Shown piece after piece: positions 8,999-20,247 of a DNA stretch of 45,740 nucleotides. The position numbers were made by a program, and so were the translations under genes. The DNA is from Chromera velia (lineage: Eukaryota): contig JAHBMJ010000527.1 in the NCBI GenBank assembly GCA_018398765.1, forward strand, positions 1 to 45,740. The letters run 5' to 3'. Each line of letters starts with the position of its first letter. Within the stretch, counting starts at the first letter, position 1. The notes beneath the pieces are model-generated. The model made no database searches. It was given only the letters and a program-made list of their open reading frames with translations, and had not been told where the DNA came from.

Positions 8999-10266
8999 CA
9001 GGGTTGCTTTTCTGGTCGGTAACAAGTCTAGTCTACCGGCAATTGCCGGTAACCGGTAATGGCCTCAGTCTGCCTTCCTTTTACCGACAAAAAAAAATAA
9101 TAAGAAATAGGGTCCCCAAAAAAAATTTCGCCTGCGGCGCCAACCTTCAAAAACATGTTTTTAAGTGTTTATTGGCATTTGAAAAGCCTATTCACACACA
9201 AAAAAAATAACAAAAATATTAAAAAAATATAAATTTTTAACTGTTGCACCCTTATAAGTGGCAAAAAGTTCTAACAGCTCTATGACAGCGTCTGTACAAC
9301 AACTGCTCTCTTTTTTAACTTTGCTTCATCTCTCACTGTTCTGCTTCTCTATATATCAGGCTTTGACCGTCGTTAGAGAGCGATCAAAGTAAGAGACGGA
9401 AAAAGTCTACTTCTTTCTGAAAAACGACTCCAGTTTAAACGAGAAGATGGTAAGCCTGCGGCTCTGTACTTACACAGGCCTAAATTGCCATCCAATCAAC
9501 TTCTGTTCACACACTTGCTATCCCTGTCTCCATCCGCTTAATTATAATTATACACAAAGGTCCACTCGCCTTTCATTCCCATACTCGCTCTCCCTGTCTC
9601 TGTCTGCTCACACACAAACTCAATTGCTTTTCATTTACATACTTGCCCTTCCTGTCTCTACAAACGCCCAACCGCCTTTTGTTTACATACTCGCTTTCCC
9701 TGTCTCTGTTTGCTTATTTACTTATGATTCTTTCATGTCTGCTTGCTTCAAGTTGCTTGCAGATGGCAAATCTCCACCCCCCTGGGTTTTCAGAGTTAGA
9801 GGCCCTTCGAGGCCTCAGATATCAGCTTTTAGCGGCGGGTCTTTCTTTGGAGGCTGGAGCACTGGATTGGGGGGACCGCCTAAACTTTGAGGCGGACTCT
9901 TTCCGTTGTTGGAATCATGCGGGTGCATCTGTCTGGGCCAGCTGTGGTTATTGCGGCCAGGCTGAGCGGTTCTCTGTCTTTGGGCGCCAAGTGTAAAACG
10001 GGACCCATCGCTTCGACCTGCGTCATCTTCAAGCACACTAGCCACATAGCTGTCTCTACAGATGACGCATTAACTTTTTGAATTGACCTTAAGTCTAGCC
10101 TTAAGTGATTGATTGATTGACCTATAATCTAGGACTTAGGTTATTGAAAAGTGTTAGTGACTGTTAGAATTCTGCCAAGTCTTTGCTAACTGTCAGCAAA
10201 CTCTGCCGGTAATTACCGGTTACCGGTAATGAAGCTTGTCTACTGCCGAAAAAATCGGCAACCCTG
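8999..10266 (+). mobile_element. Non-autonomous hAT-type DNA transposon, family A, copy 2 (nested in the family B element)
   Basis: The TIR is CAGGGTTGC...GCAACCCTG and the 8-bp TSD catttgaa is perfect (8991-8998 / 10267-10274). It has ACCGGTAA subterminal repeats. Confidence 0.93.
9763..10065 (+). pseudogene. Disrupted 100-codon cargo ORF with a CxxC...RHLxxH (BED/C2H2-like) motif inside the family A element
   Basis: Reads MANLHPPGF...WASCGYCGQAERFSVFGRQV*NGTHRFDLRHLQAH*PHSCLYR*. Copy 1 (3747-3484, minus) has CAA and TGG at the two internal stops. Confidence 0.5.
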
Positions 10267-11934
10267 CATTTGAATCAGCATGCGTGACGGATCGGTACTT
10301 GCAAAAGTTTTTTTGGGACCTTCATATTTGAGGTTGAAAGTCATATTAATCAAATATTTGATCGTATTTGATAGGTCTTTAAATACTAGGTCCTCCCTGA
10401 CTGGATATTTGATTTGAGCTTAAGCCCTATCTCAAATCAAATCAAATCAAATCAAATCAAATTAAACATGGTCACTATGCAAAGCGCAGATAGATTGTTG
10501 TTTGTTAGCGGCCTGGGAAACCAGGCGGGCCACGGGGTGTGGTCTGAGCCTCAGCGATGAGGTACACCCCCCTGCCATTTGCGGGGGCGACCTCTATAAG
10601 ACAAAACGGCGACAGTGCTCTAGGGCACCACTAATCACTAATTGATGAAGGATCGACGATTTTAGCTAGGATTTTAGTCGACTCGGATCATATATGAGTC
10701 GGATGCCGAAACAACTCCTATGACAAATTATGATTACTAGGTGAGATAGGATCTCGGATAGGATGGGATATCGGATCTAGCGTGACTAGTAGTAAGAGGA
10801 TACATGAGGATCGCATAGGATTTTATATTCCGGAAATCCCAATATATTAAGTTATTGCTTTATGTTAATCCGAATCATATTTTTTTAAATATTTTTAAAA
10901 TCTTCTTTCGCTTCATAAAAAACATCTAAAAATCTATACTTACCAATTTTTAAAGTCAATTTCATAATTTATGGTCTAAAATCAGACTTTAAGCTTTATT
11001 TCACTTTAAAACTTTACAGATCAAACATATAGGTCTGACTGCATGTTCGCTAGGCATGTCCGACGTGCGTTGTGTCTTATCCATTCGTCGATCGATTGAC
11101 TATACGTTGATCGCATCTGGAACGGTGGTTGCCAAACACGGGGGGAGACGTCGAAGAAGAGTGCTGCAGCCATTCATTAAGGAAACGAAAACGGGAAGAA
11201 GAGATGGGTGAAATAATTTTCTGCTGCGTTCCTCCGGCTATCAACTGCATCGAGTTGGAAGCCAAGAACAAAAAAAGCAGAACGCATCGACAACTGGCAA
11301 ATCGATCGAAACACGAATGGAAAGTGAAAAGCGTCGGCAGACGGGAAGCATGCAGTGCAGCGGGGCAACATGCAAGCGAAAGGGATCATGTGACGCAGAC
11401 GAGCGTGATGAAAACCGAGTGCCTGTCTGTGCTAGAGAGGGGAGTTCGAAGTGTAGAGAATAATGAAGAATTCAGTTACTCGCAAGGAGAAGATGCATTC
11501 AAAACATATTTCTCCGATATGCACCAAGGGGAAGAACAGTCGAATGGGAAAATGCTCAGAGATTGCAGCGGTTTGTCTTTTGGATCCATCGAGAGACAAA
11601 AGAAAGAAGCCAGCCACAGAAAAAAAAAAAAGACGAGAGAAGAGAAGGGAAGGGGCTTGTCAGCAGAGAAAGGGCGTGATGGATCTCTGTTCTCCTCGTG
11701 ATCCGATTTCTGCCAGCACCAAAGGTTGTGAAGGCAACGGGTGAACCAATCGACATCCCGCAAACAAAGAGCGAAAAAACTCGTCCAATGCCCCCCCGTG
11801 TTTCACTTTCACTGGCGATGATGTGTTCGTGGGTGTTTTTTCGACCCCTCTCCCTCCCTCCCTCCCTCTTATTGATGCTCAACGTTTCTCACCTTGCCTT
11901 TGCGTCATCCCGTTCCCTGAACTCCCTCTGCTCC

Positions 11935-13908
11935 CTATCGGCTCCCTCTGTTGTACCTGCAGTCCGTCCGTTCATTCATCCATTCAGTTGACTGGATGAA
12001 CACATCCTCGCAGTGGAGTGACGAGGCGAAAAGCGGGGAAGGGTGCAAGAAGGAAAGGACGGAGCAAAAGTTTGCGAGAGCGAAACCAAGATCAGAAACC
12101 ACTTCGAAAGAGTATCAGCCAACGATGCGAGAGCGGAGAGAAGGGTTCCTACACACAGCCACTGAGTGTGACCCAGAGCGACACAAAAGGAGTGGGGGGA
12201 ACTTCATGAGAGAAACACAAGAGCCTGGTTCGAAAACTTCGGAGGAGGACGGCTCTTTCTTTTGTCCTCCTAACAATTTCCTTCCATGCCTAGAGAGGAA
12301 GAAAGACGCACATGCACCAAGGTTGTCAGCTCATTCTGTCTTTCCGAAGACATGGAACAGCAGAGAGACCCTGAAGGCAGACAAATCTACTTACTGTTTT
12401 GTTGGACCTAGAATGTAAACACGATAACTCTCTGACTGACTGACTGACTGACTGACTTTTCCATCAGAGCCTTCATCTTTGCCTGCTGTTCTGCTGAAGG
12501 TCCGGTCTTCTCGCGGTCGGCCTCGGGCTCTCTGTCTCTGGGTCTCTCCCTGTCTCGGTACCCCCCCCCTCCTCCCCTCTCCCGGTCCCACTCCGACCCG
12601 TATGCCTGCGGGTGGCCCCTGTCCCTCTCCCTTCCTCCCTGCCAGCCCCCTCCGCGCCCTCCGTCCCTCTCTCGCTCACCGGCACCGGCTGCTCTGGCAG
12701 CTGCAGCAGCCGCAGCTCCAGACGCCTGCCAATCCACCCTGACGGACAGAGAAGACTTGTAGGAAGTGGGACGGCGAGCGTAGTCCTGCGAGAGGGAGGG
12801 AAACAGAGAAGGAGAAGGAAGAAAAACCGAGAAAGAATATGTTAGAGGAAAAACGAAGACGGCACCGTGCAGGTAGTGATGTGACGCCACACTTACTTTG
12901 AGGGGATTGGCTCACTTTTTCGCTCTGTTGAAACAAGCAGAAGAGAGAGAACGCCACACAGAAGAAGGGCAAAAGAACTGTTGCCGAGAAGGCAGGAACC
13001 TGAACAGGTGGAGATGAGAAACGCCGGCAGATGGCCTGACAACCGCCAACACTCTGACACAACACAACCAGTCAGCTCCTTGCCAAATTTTCTTCTTTCT
13101 CCCCCCTGCGTGTATGGGTTCCATGTGTTTCCTTCCATGTCAGGATGCTGACCTTGCCTGTTGCAATCGCCTTCTCCTGTTCCCTTCTTCTGAACTCTGC
13201 CAGAAGTTCTTCCTCTGTCTTCTGTCTGCCGCTCTCGCGAGTGTCTCTGTCCCTGGATCTCGACCTGTCTCTGTCCCGGTCTCTGCTCCTGCTCCTCGAC
13301 CTGCCCCCATCTCTATCTCGCTCCTTATCCCAGTGATCATCTCCCCCGCCGCCTCCCTGTAGAATGACCAGGCCGATGTCGATCTCCTCCTCGCTGTCGT
13401 CTTCCAGCCTCACTCTGCAGAGGAGCCTGCCGGTGAACTCTTCATTCAACGGGGGGTCCATCAGAACGCCCAACAGCCAGTCGCCGCTGCATGCAGCCAG
13501 ACATGAAGGAGGGAGGAGACCAGGAGAGGTGAGAACACAGTTTCTTTCTCACAGATCGACACATGTGAAAGTGCAAGACCAACAAAACATTATTCGTTAA
13601 CACACGGTTGACTGCCGGAGCCGCGCTCCGAGCCCTCGTCCAAGAGCTGCTGCTGCTGCCGCTACAAACAGACCATTAAGCCAGTGAACACGGGCGAGGG
13701 GTGGAGACGCAATAATAAACATTTCCCACCCTTCAATGTGTCAGCCCTGCTCATATATCCCCCACCCCCCAGTCCCAGCTCTCCAACAAAGAGAGACCCA
13801 AACTTCTGGAGACAAACCCATTGACAGAGAGAAAGATAGACAGACACGCACACGCACACGCACACGCACACGCACACGCACACGCACACGCACACGCACA
13901 CGCACACG

Positions 13909-13964
<56 letters not shown>

Positions 13965-16900
13965 CAGACATATCGACTGACTTGGAGCAAGCCTCCACCT
14001 CGGTGCCTGCCACGAATCTGTGGAGCCTCTGCTTGTTCTCTCTCTTTCGACGTCGGTGCTCATTCAGAGCAAGCAGCTGCGTCCCGTATTGGTTCTTCAC
14101 CTTCACTGGAAGTCGGGGAGGGACTGCACACACCCTCACACACACAGAGGGAGAGAGAGAGAGAGCACGAGAAGACGCGGTAAGACAAGGGAGAGAACGG
14201 GGCTTGTGTTTCGGGCGGGTCGCCTGTTTCCGGGTGCTTGTGCATCTGCAACTGTGTTGCATGTGAGCTTTAGTGTCAGCGATGAATCGGGAGTGTTGTA
14301 GACATGCTCCGTGTGCTGCTCCTTTCTTCACGACACCTTCGTTCCTCTCTTACGAAACGGTCGGACCTGTCACTTTCTTGACCCACTTTCTCTACTGAGA
14401 TCTCACTCCCTCCCCTCCCTTCCTCTTCGTCATTCGGCCAACAGACCCATAAAGAGACTGGCCAGGAGAAACAACCGTTGAAAGGACACAGCATCTTGTG
14501 ACTTGATGACTGACTGACTCGTGCCGTAGTATTTGTCTTCTGTAATGAGAGTTTCCAGCCACTGGCCGATCGTCCTGCACACACACACACACACACACAC
14601 ACGGGGGAAGGGCACACGGGAAGGTGGGAGAGGGAAAGAGCTGTTTGCGAAATGTGCGCCCCCAAACACTCTGAGGCAAAGACTGAGTGAGCCAGAACGA
14701 CAACGGCAAGAATGACACGGTAGACAGACGAGCATCTGCTGATCCCAAGTAATCAGGCCGCGTGTGGGGATTCCTCATGAAGAACTTTCCTTGTCCTCAT
14801 CCCGGCTTCTTTGTCTCTTGATTCCTTCCTTCCCTTTCATTTCTCTGGTGCACTGGGTCCTGGAAATCCGATGTCGTCCTCTCCTGTGTTCTTTTTTCAA
14901 TGAAAACCCCCATCCGTGAGGGTTTAGTGGGAATGAAAAGCAGGAAGTGGGGCAAACAGACGAGGCGAAAACAAAGAGAGAGAGAGAGAGCAGCACATGC
15001 AGCGAGGGAAGCCACCTGCTTGCTTGCTTGCATTCCTTCCACTTCCTTCCAAAAGCGTCTGCCATTGCCCCGAACGACCAGCAGGTGAGCTGAAGAGACA
15101 AGAGAATCATGTCATTACAAAGTTCATCCACACATGTAACCCTTTCTTCCTTTCGACCTACAGAAGATACCAAAAATGGGAAATACTCGAAGAGATGGAA
15201 GCCTAACACACAAGCAGACGGGTCATCGTGAAGGGATGAATGCCGCTCGCCAGAAGAGAGGACGGACAGGACAGGTGAGAGAAATCTTCCGACGATTTAT
15301 CGAAACAGAAGCTGAAAAAGGGACAAACAAAAAGACTCGAATCAACAACAAAGAAAAGTGGAGTTGCTCAGAGAGAGAGACTTTCTTGATGACATGAGGA
15401 ACCACACAGAACTCCTTTTCCCTTTCACTTGGTGCGCACTCTCCATAGAGGCCTGCCACGAAGAGTCATGAGACTCATACTGCCTTTTTGCTTTCTGATG
15501 AACAGCAACACGATCGTCAGCGGTACTCGACCGATCTTCATCACATGCGGCGATGTTTTTATTGATATCACATCACGCACATTGACTTACATTTTCTTGG
15601 TCTTGTCAGAGCCGGGTGCAAACTCTTCGTCGTCCAAGAAGTAGGGCTCCCACCAGCTCCAAATCTGAAAGAAGAAATTAATGCATTTCATTTGATCACG
15701 TACTCGAAACTTCGTGCATTTATTCTACACAAGTTTTGCACGGCTACATGTTGCAGTCCAGATTGACGAACTGCTCATCGAGCACACTTGGCACATTCAT
15801 GTGTCAACATCTGCTTCTCGGGACTGACTCCTGCCTTTGTTTCATCCCACCCCACAAGAGACAGAAAGACAGACAGGAGGCAGACGACTCAGATGAAAGC
15901 GTGTACGAAGATGATCGTTTTTTCTCCCTCACTGACAGACCTCTGCAGGACAGAGACGGCGAAAAAAACCTCACTCTTCTTTGAGAAAGATGGAAACACA
16001 GAGATGTTTATGACCCGCGTGCCCGTCTACGGATTTACTCACCTTCTCTGGAGGGTGAACGTAGCGGAGGAACAGAAAACCCGCACACCGGACGTACACA
16101 GAATCCACAGAGTCCAGCAACTGCTTCATTTGGTAGTCCGTCAGACTGCACATCACATCCAAGCCAGATAGATTGGTTTGTATGTGCACAGTGATGGAGG
16201 GAGAGGCTGGCAGGCGAAGAAACACTGAAACTGCACAATGCCCAGATCTATCTCGCCGTATACTTACGTTTGCCTCGCTGCGCGCCTTATCGTGTGCTTC
16301 TCATTTCATCTGACTGACTCGATTAGCGCACGTCCGCAGGCATTGTATAGATCAGAGAGGGTAGAAGAAAAACAGAAGTTCCGTCCTTGTTTTCTTTTTC
16401 GACAGAAAGGCAAAAGAAAAAAGGAGGAAGGCAAAAAGAAAGCAAAACAAACAGACAGACAGAAGGACCCATCGAAGGGCTCACCGGATCATCATGAGAC
16501 GATAGAGGCAGCAGAAAAGAGTGGAGGGAGACTTGGTGCCCGACTTGGCCACCCAGGGTTCTGCGTGATCTGCGCGTTCCATAATTTCGTTGTACAGTTC
16601 ATCGAACGTCATCATGCGCCTGCATGCACATCACGCAGAAAGAACCAACAGAACACAGCACAGCAGGGTATCATCCCACACAGCTCTTTCTTGCTCTTCG
16701 AAGAGTTCTTGTGAGTTGCGTTTTTTTTTTTTTGAACGAGACCGTGGGCCTGCACAACGAGATGCCGTCTCTCTACACACGTGCACCGAGAGACCTAGGA
16801 AAAACACGATCATAGATACACACAGAGTGGACCCAAAACAGAAAAAGAGACACCGACAGGTCTCGCACAAAGATAGAAAAAGAAACGATGCGGTCGAGGT

Positions 16901-18358
16901 TTTTCTTTCTGTCCGCTGTTGGTCCAGTTGGCTGCCTCCTTTCCTGTCTTGGTGAACGAAGGAAGTCATCCAAGTCTTGCCGCGCGAACACTCTCTTCCT
17001 CTCTGTCCCTTTCTTCTGTGCTCTCTCCCCCCTCCGCCCTCAATGCCCTTCTCCTGCAGTACGCCAACCCTCTGCCCTATTGCAACAAACACAGCAACGA
17101 TTGAAGACACCCCCTCTCCCCGTGCCTCCCTCCCCCCCCGGACTCACATGAGGCTCTTGAAGTATTCGGACTTCAAGATCATCGACCGCAGCAGGTCGTT
17201 GAAGTTGAATGTGTTCGTGTTCGTCCTGTGGGCAGGCAGGCACATGGAAGAGAGATGCTTCATTTTCCCCACGCAGAAATCACACCAGTGCATGCGAACA
17301 CACATCGTCACATCAGCAGAGCCGGCGGAAAGAGATCTGCCAGAACCCGATCCCGCTGCCATCCTTACTTCCCACACGCCTGCCTTCGTTCTTCATCCTT
17401 TGAGTTGGTGGCCACAGTTTCCCTGTTAATCCCTTCTATTTGCTGCTGACCTACTCTGGGGGTTGTCTCTGCCAGAAAGCCGGTGTCTTGCAGAGCGGCA
17501 GTTTGAATGAAACGTGAATCACCCTCTTATATACACCCAATCACACGCACACAGACACAGTATTTGCCTGAGTGCCTGCTGACTGACATCTCGACTTGGT
17601 TTCCTTTCGTTGCGTTTGCGTTGTTCGCCTGTGCCATTCCTCCAAGAGCTGCCTGCTGCGCCTGCAGAGAGAGAGAGACGGGCATGCACAAAAACAGAAG
17701 TGAGGGACGAACAGAGCACCGCACAGGGTCTCAGTGGAAGACTTTCAGGGCAGCGAAGCAACAAAAAAGGGGTATGGCGTCTTCTTCTTACTGCAGACAA
17801 ACGAGAAGCCCTCCTCCTTTGCCTCCAACGAAAAGAAAATGCTTCCTTCGAGTATACGAATTTTGGAACACAAAAGGTGAAGAGAGGCAGGGAAAGGGAT
17901 GGACTGACCACGGCTTCCTTGAACTTCTTGCAAAACTTGCATGAAGAAACTGCTTTCGTGTGCAGGTGGCATCGCTTCACGCCCCCGACCTCGTCGCCCG
18001 TCACCCCTGGAGCAGCAGCACCTGCGACTTGCAGTTGTGGCGCAAAGGAAGAGACGCCCAGACCTCCAACACCGGAAGGCACAGAAAGCGGCATGGGGAC
18101 AGTGGCAGTTGATACACCACCACCCACGGAGAGAATGGTGGTGGTTCCTATTTGTGTCTGTGCGGGGGCCTGTACTTGTCCGTACTGCTGCATATTCATG
18201 TGCGCCCCTGCTTGCTGCTGCGCCCCTGTCATGTAAAGATTTCCTGCTGCTGCCCCCTGCTGTTGCTGCTGAGGCTGCATGCCTGCCATCTGCGCCTGTT
18301 GTGTCTGCTGGAGCTGCTGCATTTGCCCATAGGCAGCCGCACCTGGATAAGGCAGCAT
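11935..18358 (-). CDS. PRP38: Pre-mRNA splicing factor PRP38 family protein (PRPF38B-like), ~11 exons
   Basis: GT-AG exons translate to TNTNTFNFNDLLRSMILKSEYFKSL, NEIMERADHAEPW...PSTLFCCLYRL, LTDYQMKQLLDSVDSVYVRCAGFLFLRY, IWSWWEPYFLDDEEF, TIGQWLETLITEDKYYGT and PPRLPV, then an RD/RS-rich region and DYARRPTSYKSSLS. The ATG is at 18358. The last exon (11956-11935, KYNRGSR*) is tentative; the model is secure to 12457. Confidence 0.9.
13843..13966. repeat. Compound microsatellite (CACACG)n(CA)n(GA)n in a PRP38 intron
   Basis: Directly visible. Confidence 0.95.
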
Positions 18359-18624
18359 CTTGCCCTCTTTTGATTGAACGAAGCTGTCACTTTAGAGAGA
18401 ACGATTTGGATGCAAAAAAATGTTTCTGTCCGGTCTTTTTCAGTGTTTTCACGACCCCACATCCGAAGGTAAAAGTGCACGACAGCCCAGCGTTTTCCGT
18501 TTTTCTGGTGAAGCTGTGCGTATGATCGACTCGCAAAGGCCGATCAATGTCCATCATAGTTCATCCGACGGTGAGAATCTGAGAGACTGACACAAAAATT
18601 ACGAAATGACCTGCATGCCAGCCA

Positions 18625-18812
18625 AAGAGTGCCGGAGGCGGCCCATTAAATAATTTGGGCCCACGCACCGGGGCGGGGCGGCCGGCGGCCATGCCTTATA
18701 GCTCCCCGCGAGGGGCCGGGGCGCGGGGGGCGGCCCGAATTTAAAAGCTCAAGACGCGATGCATCATTGCACACTTTCCGGTCGCCGGCGCGCCGCCCCG
18801 CGGCCTTAATTG
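18625..18812. promoter_or_regulatory. GC-rich island upstream of the PRP38 start; candidate promoter
   Basis: Very GC-rich blocks (GGGGCGGGGCGGCCGGCGG) are interspersed with short AT runs, ~270-450 nt upstream of the ATG. A similar island lies upstream of PGRL1. Confidence 0.35.
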
Positions 18813-19111
18813 AAGCTGCGCATATTCCTATTATTATTATTAGCTCGCAAGTACTCGCAGGCTACTATATCGCAGATAGCCAGTAGGTTCGGGTATATCG
18901 TAGGTGATCGTAGGCTTTGGCCTACTGTTGTGTTGTACTTCCAAGGCACCGATTAGCCTAAGAAGTCACAGAATTGTTGAAGGACTTGTGCGCAAGACTA
19001 ACTGGATTCGTTGCATATGGAAGAGTAGAATAGAATGTTTCTTTCTTGTTTGATTGCTAATAGTCAGTGCTAAGCAGATTGGGAAGCCAGATAAGCTAAG
19101 AGGCTGATGAT

Positions 19112-19661
19112 CGAGTTTAAGTGAGATTACAGATTTTATAATCACGAATTACAGAATTTGTAATTTGGTCAAAAGTTCAGAATTCTATGTTTTATTCTGA
19201 AGTTTTTTTGATCCAATACAATCCTTTGAATTTGCTTCTTCTGATTGTTTTTGTCAATTTCTGAAATTTGTTTACGAAATTATATTTTTGTGGAATTACA
19301 AATATTCTGTAATTCCCGATTTTTGTAATTTGATGTAGATTACACAATCTGTAATTCGGCCTAAACTCCCCTCTTACACAATCTGTAATTCGGCCTAAAC
19401 TCCCAAATTACACAATCTATAATTTCGAATTACACAATCTATAATTCGGTCTAAAGTCCCAGATTACATAATTTCTAATTCTAAATTACACAATCTGTAA
19501 TTCAGCCTAAACTCCCAGATTACACAATCTGTAATTCCAAATTATACAATCTATAATTAGGCCTAAACTCCCAGATTACACAATCTGTAATTCGGCTTAA
19601 ATTCCCAAATTATACAATCCGTAATTCTAAATTATACAATCTGTAATTCAGCCTAGACTCG
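19112..19661. repeat. Array of palindromic ATTACACAATCTGTAAT cores (34/22-bp units) bounded by imperfect inverted ends; probable MITE or transposon end
   Basis: There are eleven cores in 19340-19661. The left end CGAGTTTAAGTGAGATTACAGATTTTATAAT resembles the reverse complement of the right end. No TSD was seen. Confidence 0.8.
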
Positions 19662-20247
19662 CGCCTTCCCGTGGGCCTCTCGTATATATATTATTTATAC
19701 GTTCTATCCGGGGCCAGGCCCCGCCTTTCTCTGCCATGCCTCAATACTTCCTTCTCCTACTATTACTCCTTATTTCTTCCTGCCTTCGTTATACCTCCTT
19801 TATTATCTATCTCTCCTATCCCTCATCCCCACATCTCCTACTTCCACATAACACTACCTAGGCCTGCCCTGGCTTTTAGTAGCTCTTTAATAGCTTACCA
19901 TGACTAGTACCATGACAGCTGGGATAGTATTACTAGAAAAAAAACCAATGTCAGTATCTGTTAGTACTCGGTCTGAGTCTGTCACTGTCCCCTGTGAGAG
20001 ATTACTCAGAGATATACCGAGTCTGAATTAGTTCAAACTCAGAAGTCACCAGCAAAATGACCGTTGACATGTTCAACTTTTTTTAAAAGTATCCAAAAGC
20101 AAATAAACTTGCTAGTGAACTTGTAGGAAACATTGAGCTAATATATTTAGAGCTAGACTTAGAGATCAATTAAAGTCAATAATTTTCTTAAATGTAGTGA
20201 CTTAGCTAGACTCAGCTGTCTTTGTCAATGTAGCATTTTTGTTGTAA

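Larger units (their letters stand above)
8402..10477. mobile_element. Non-autonomous hAT-type DNA transposon, family B (TAGTGACCATGTTT TIR), copy 1
   Basis: The TIR is TAGTGACCATGTTT...AAACATGGTCACTA with subterminal (GATTT)n/(AAATC)n arrays. The 8-bp TSD tgcaaagc is perfect (8394-8401 / 10478-10485). Confidence 0.93.
4500..10642 (+). mobile_element. 5'-truncated non-LTR retrotransposon (APE endonuclease + RT + C-terminal CCHC; RTEX/RTE-like), interrupted by nested hAT elements
   Basis: APE motifs are FNART (~4504), RTSEDETENRKGKLFIRFCEDLGLVPLNG, TY...SLIDYV and FDH (4630-4920). The RT ORF is 5720-8404. The element resumes after the TSD at 10486 and ends in hairpins plus a (CACTAAT)2 tail at 10629-10642. 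The 5' boundary is approximate and I found no TSD. Confidence 0.85.

Noticed and set aside
3283..10266. Composite transposon formed by two inverted family A copies carrying the RT
   Set aside because: Each copy has its own different TSD, and the second lies inside another element, so they are independent insertions.
13612..13661. Extra PRP38 exon after TTGTAG
   Set aside because: The flanking exons already join in phase (CSN-GDW), and no convincing donor was found.
13736..14331. ORFs with CV/TH/RE dipeptide runs (also 25820-26361, 32228-32774, 39902-40763, 41860-42264)
   Set aside because: These are translations of intronic microsatellites.
19340..19661. CRISPR-like array
   Set aside because: The segments between cores are themselves repeated rather than unique spacers. 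The context is eukaryotic and there are no cas genes.
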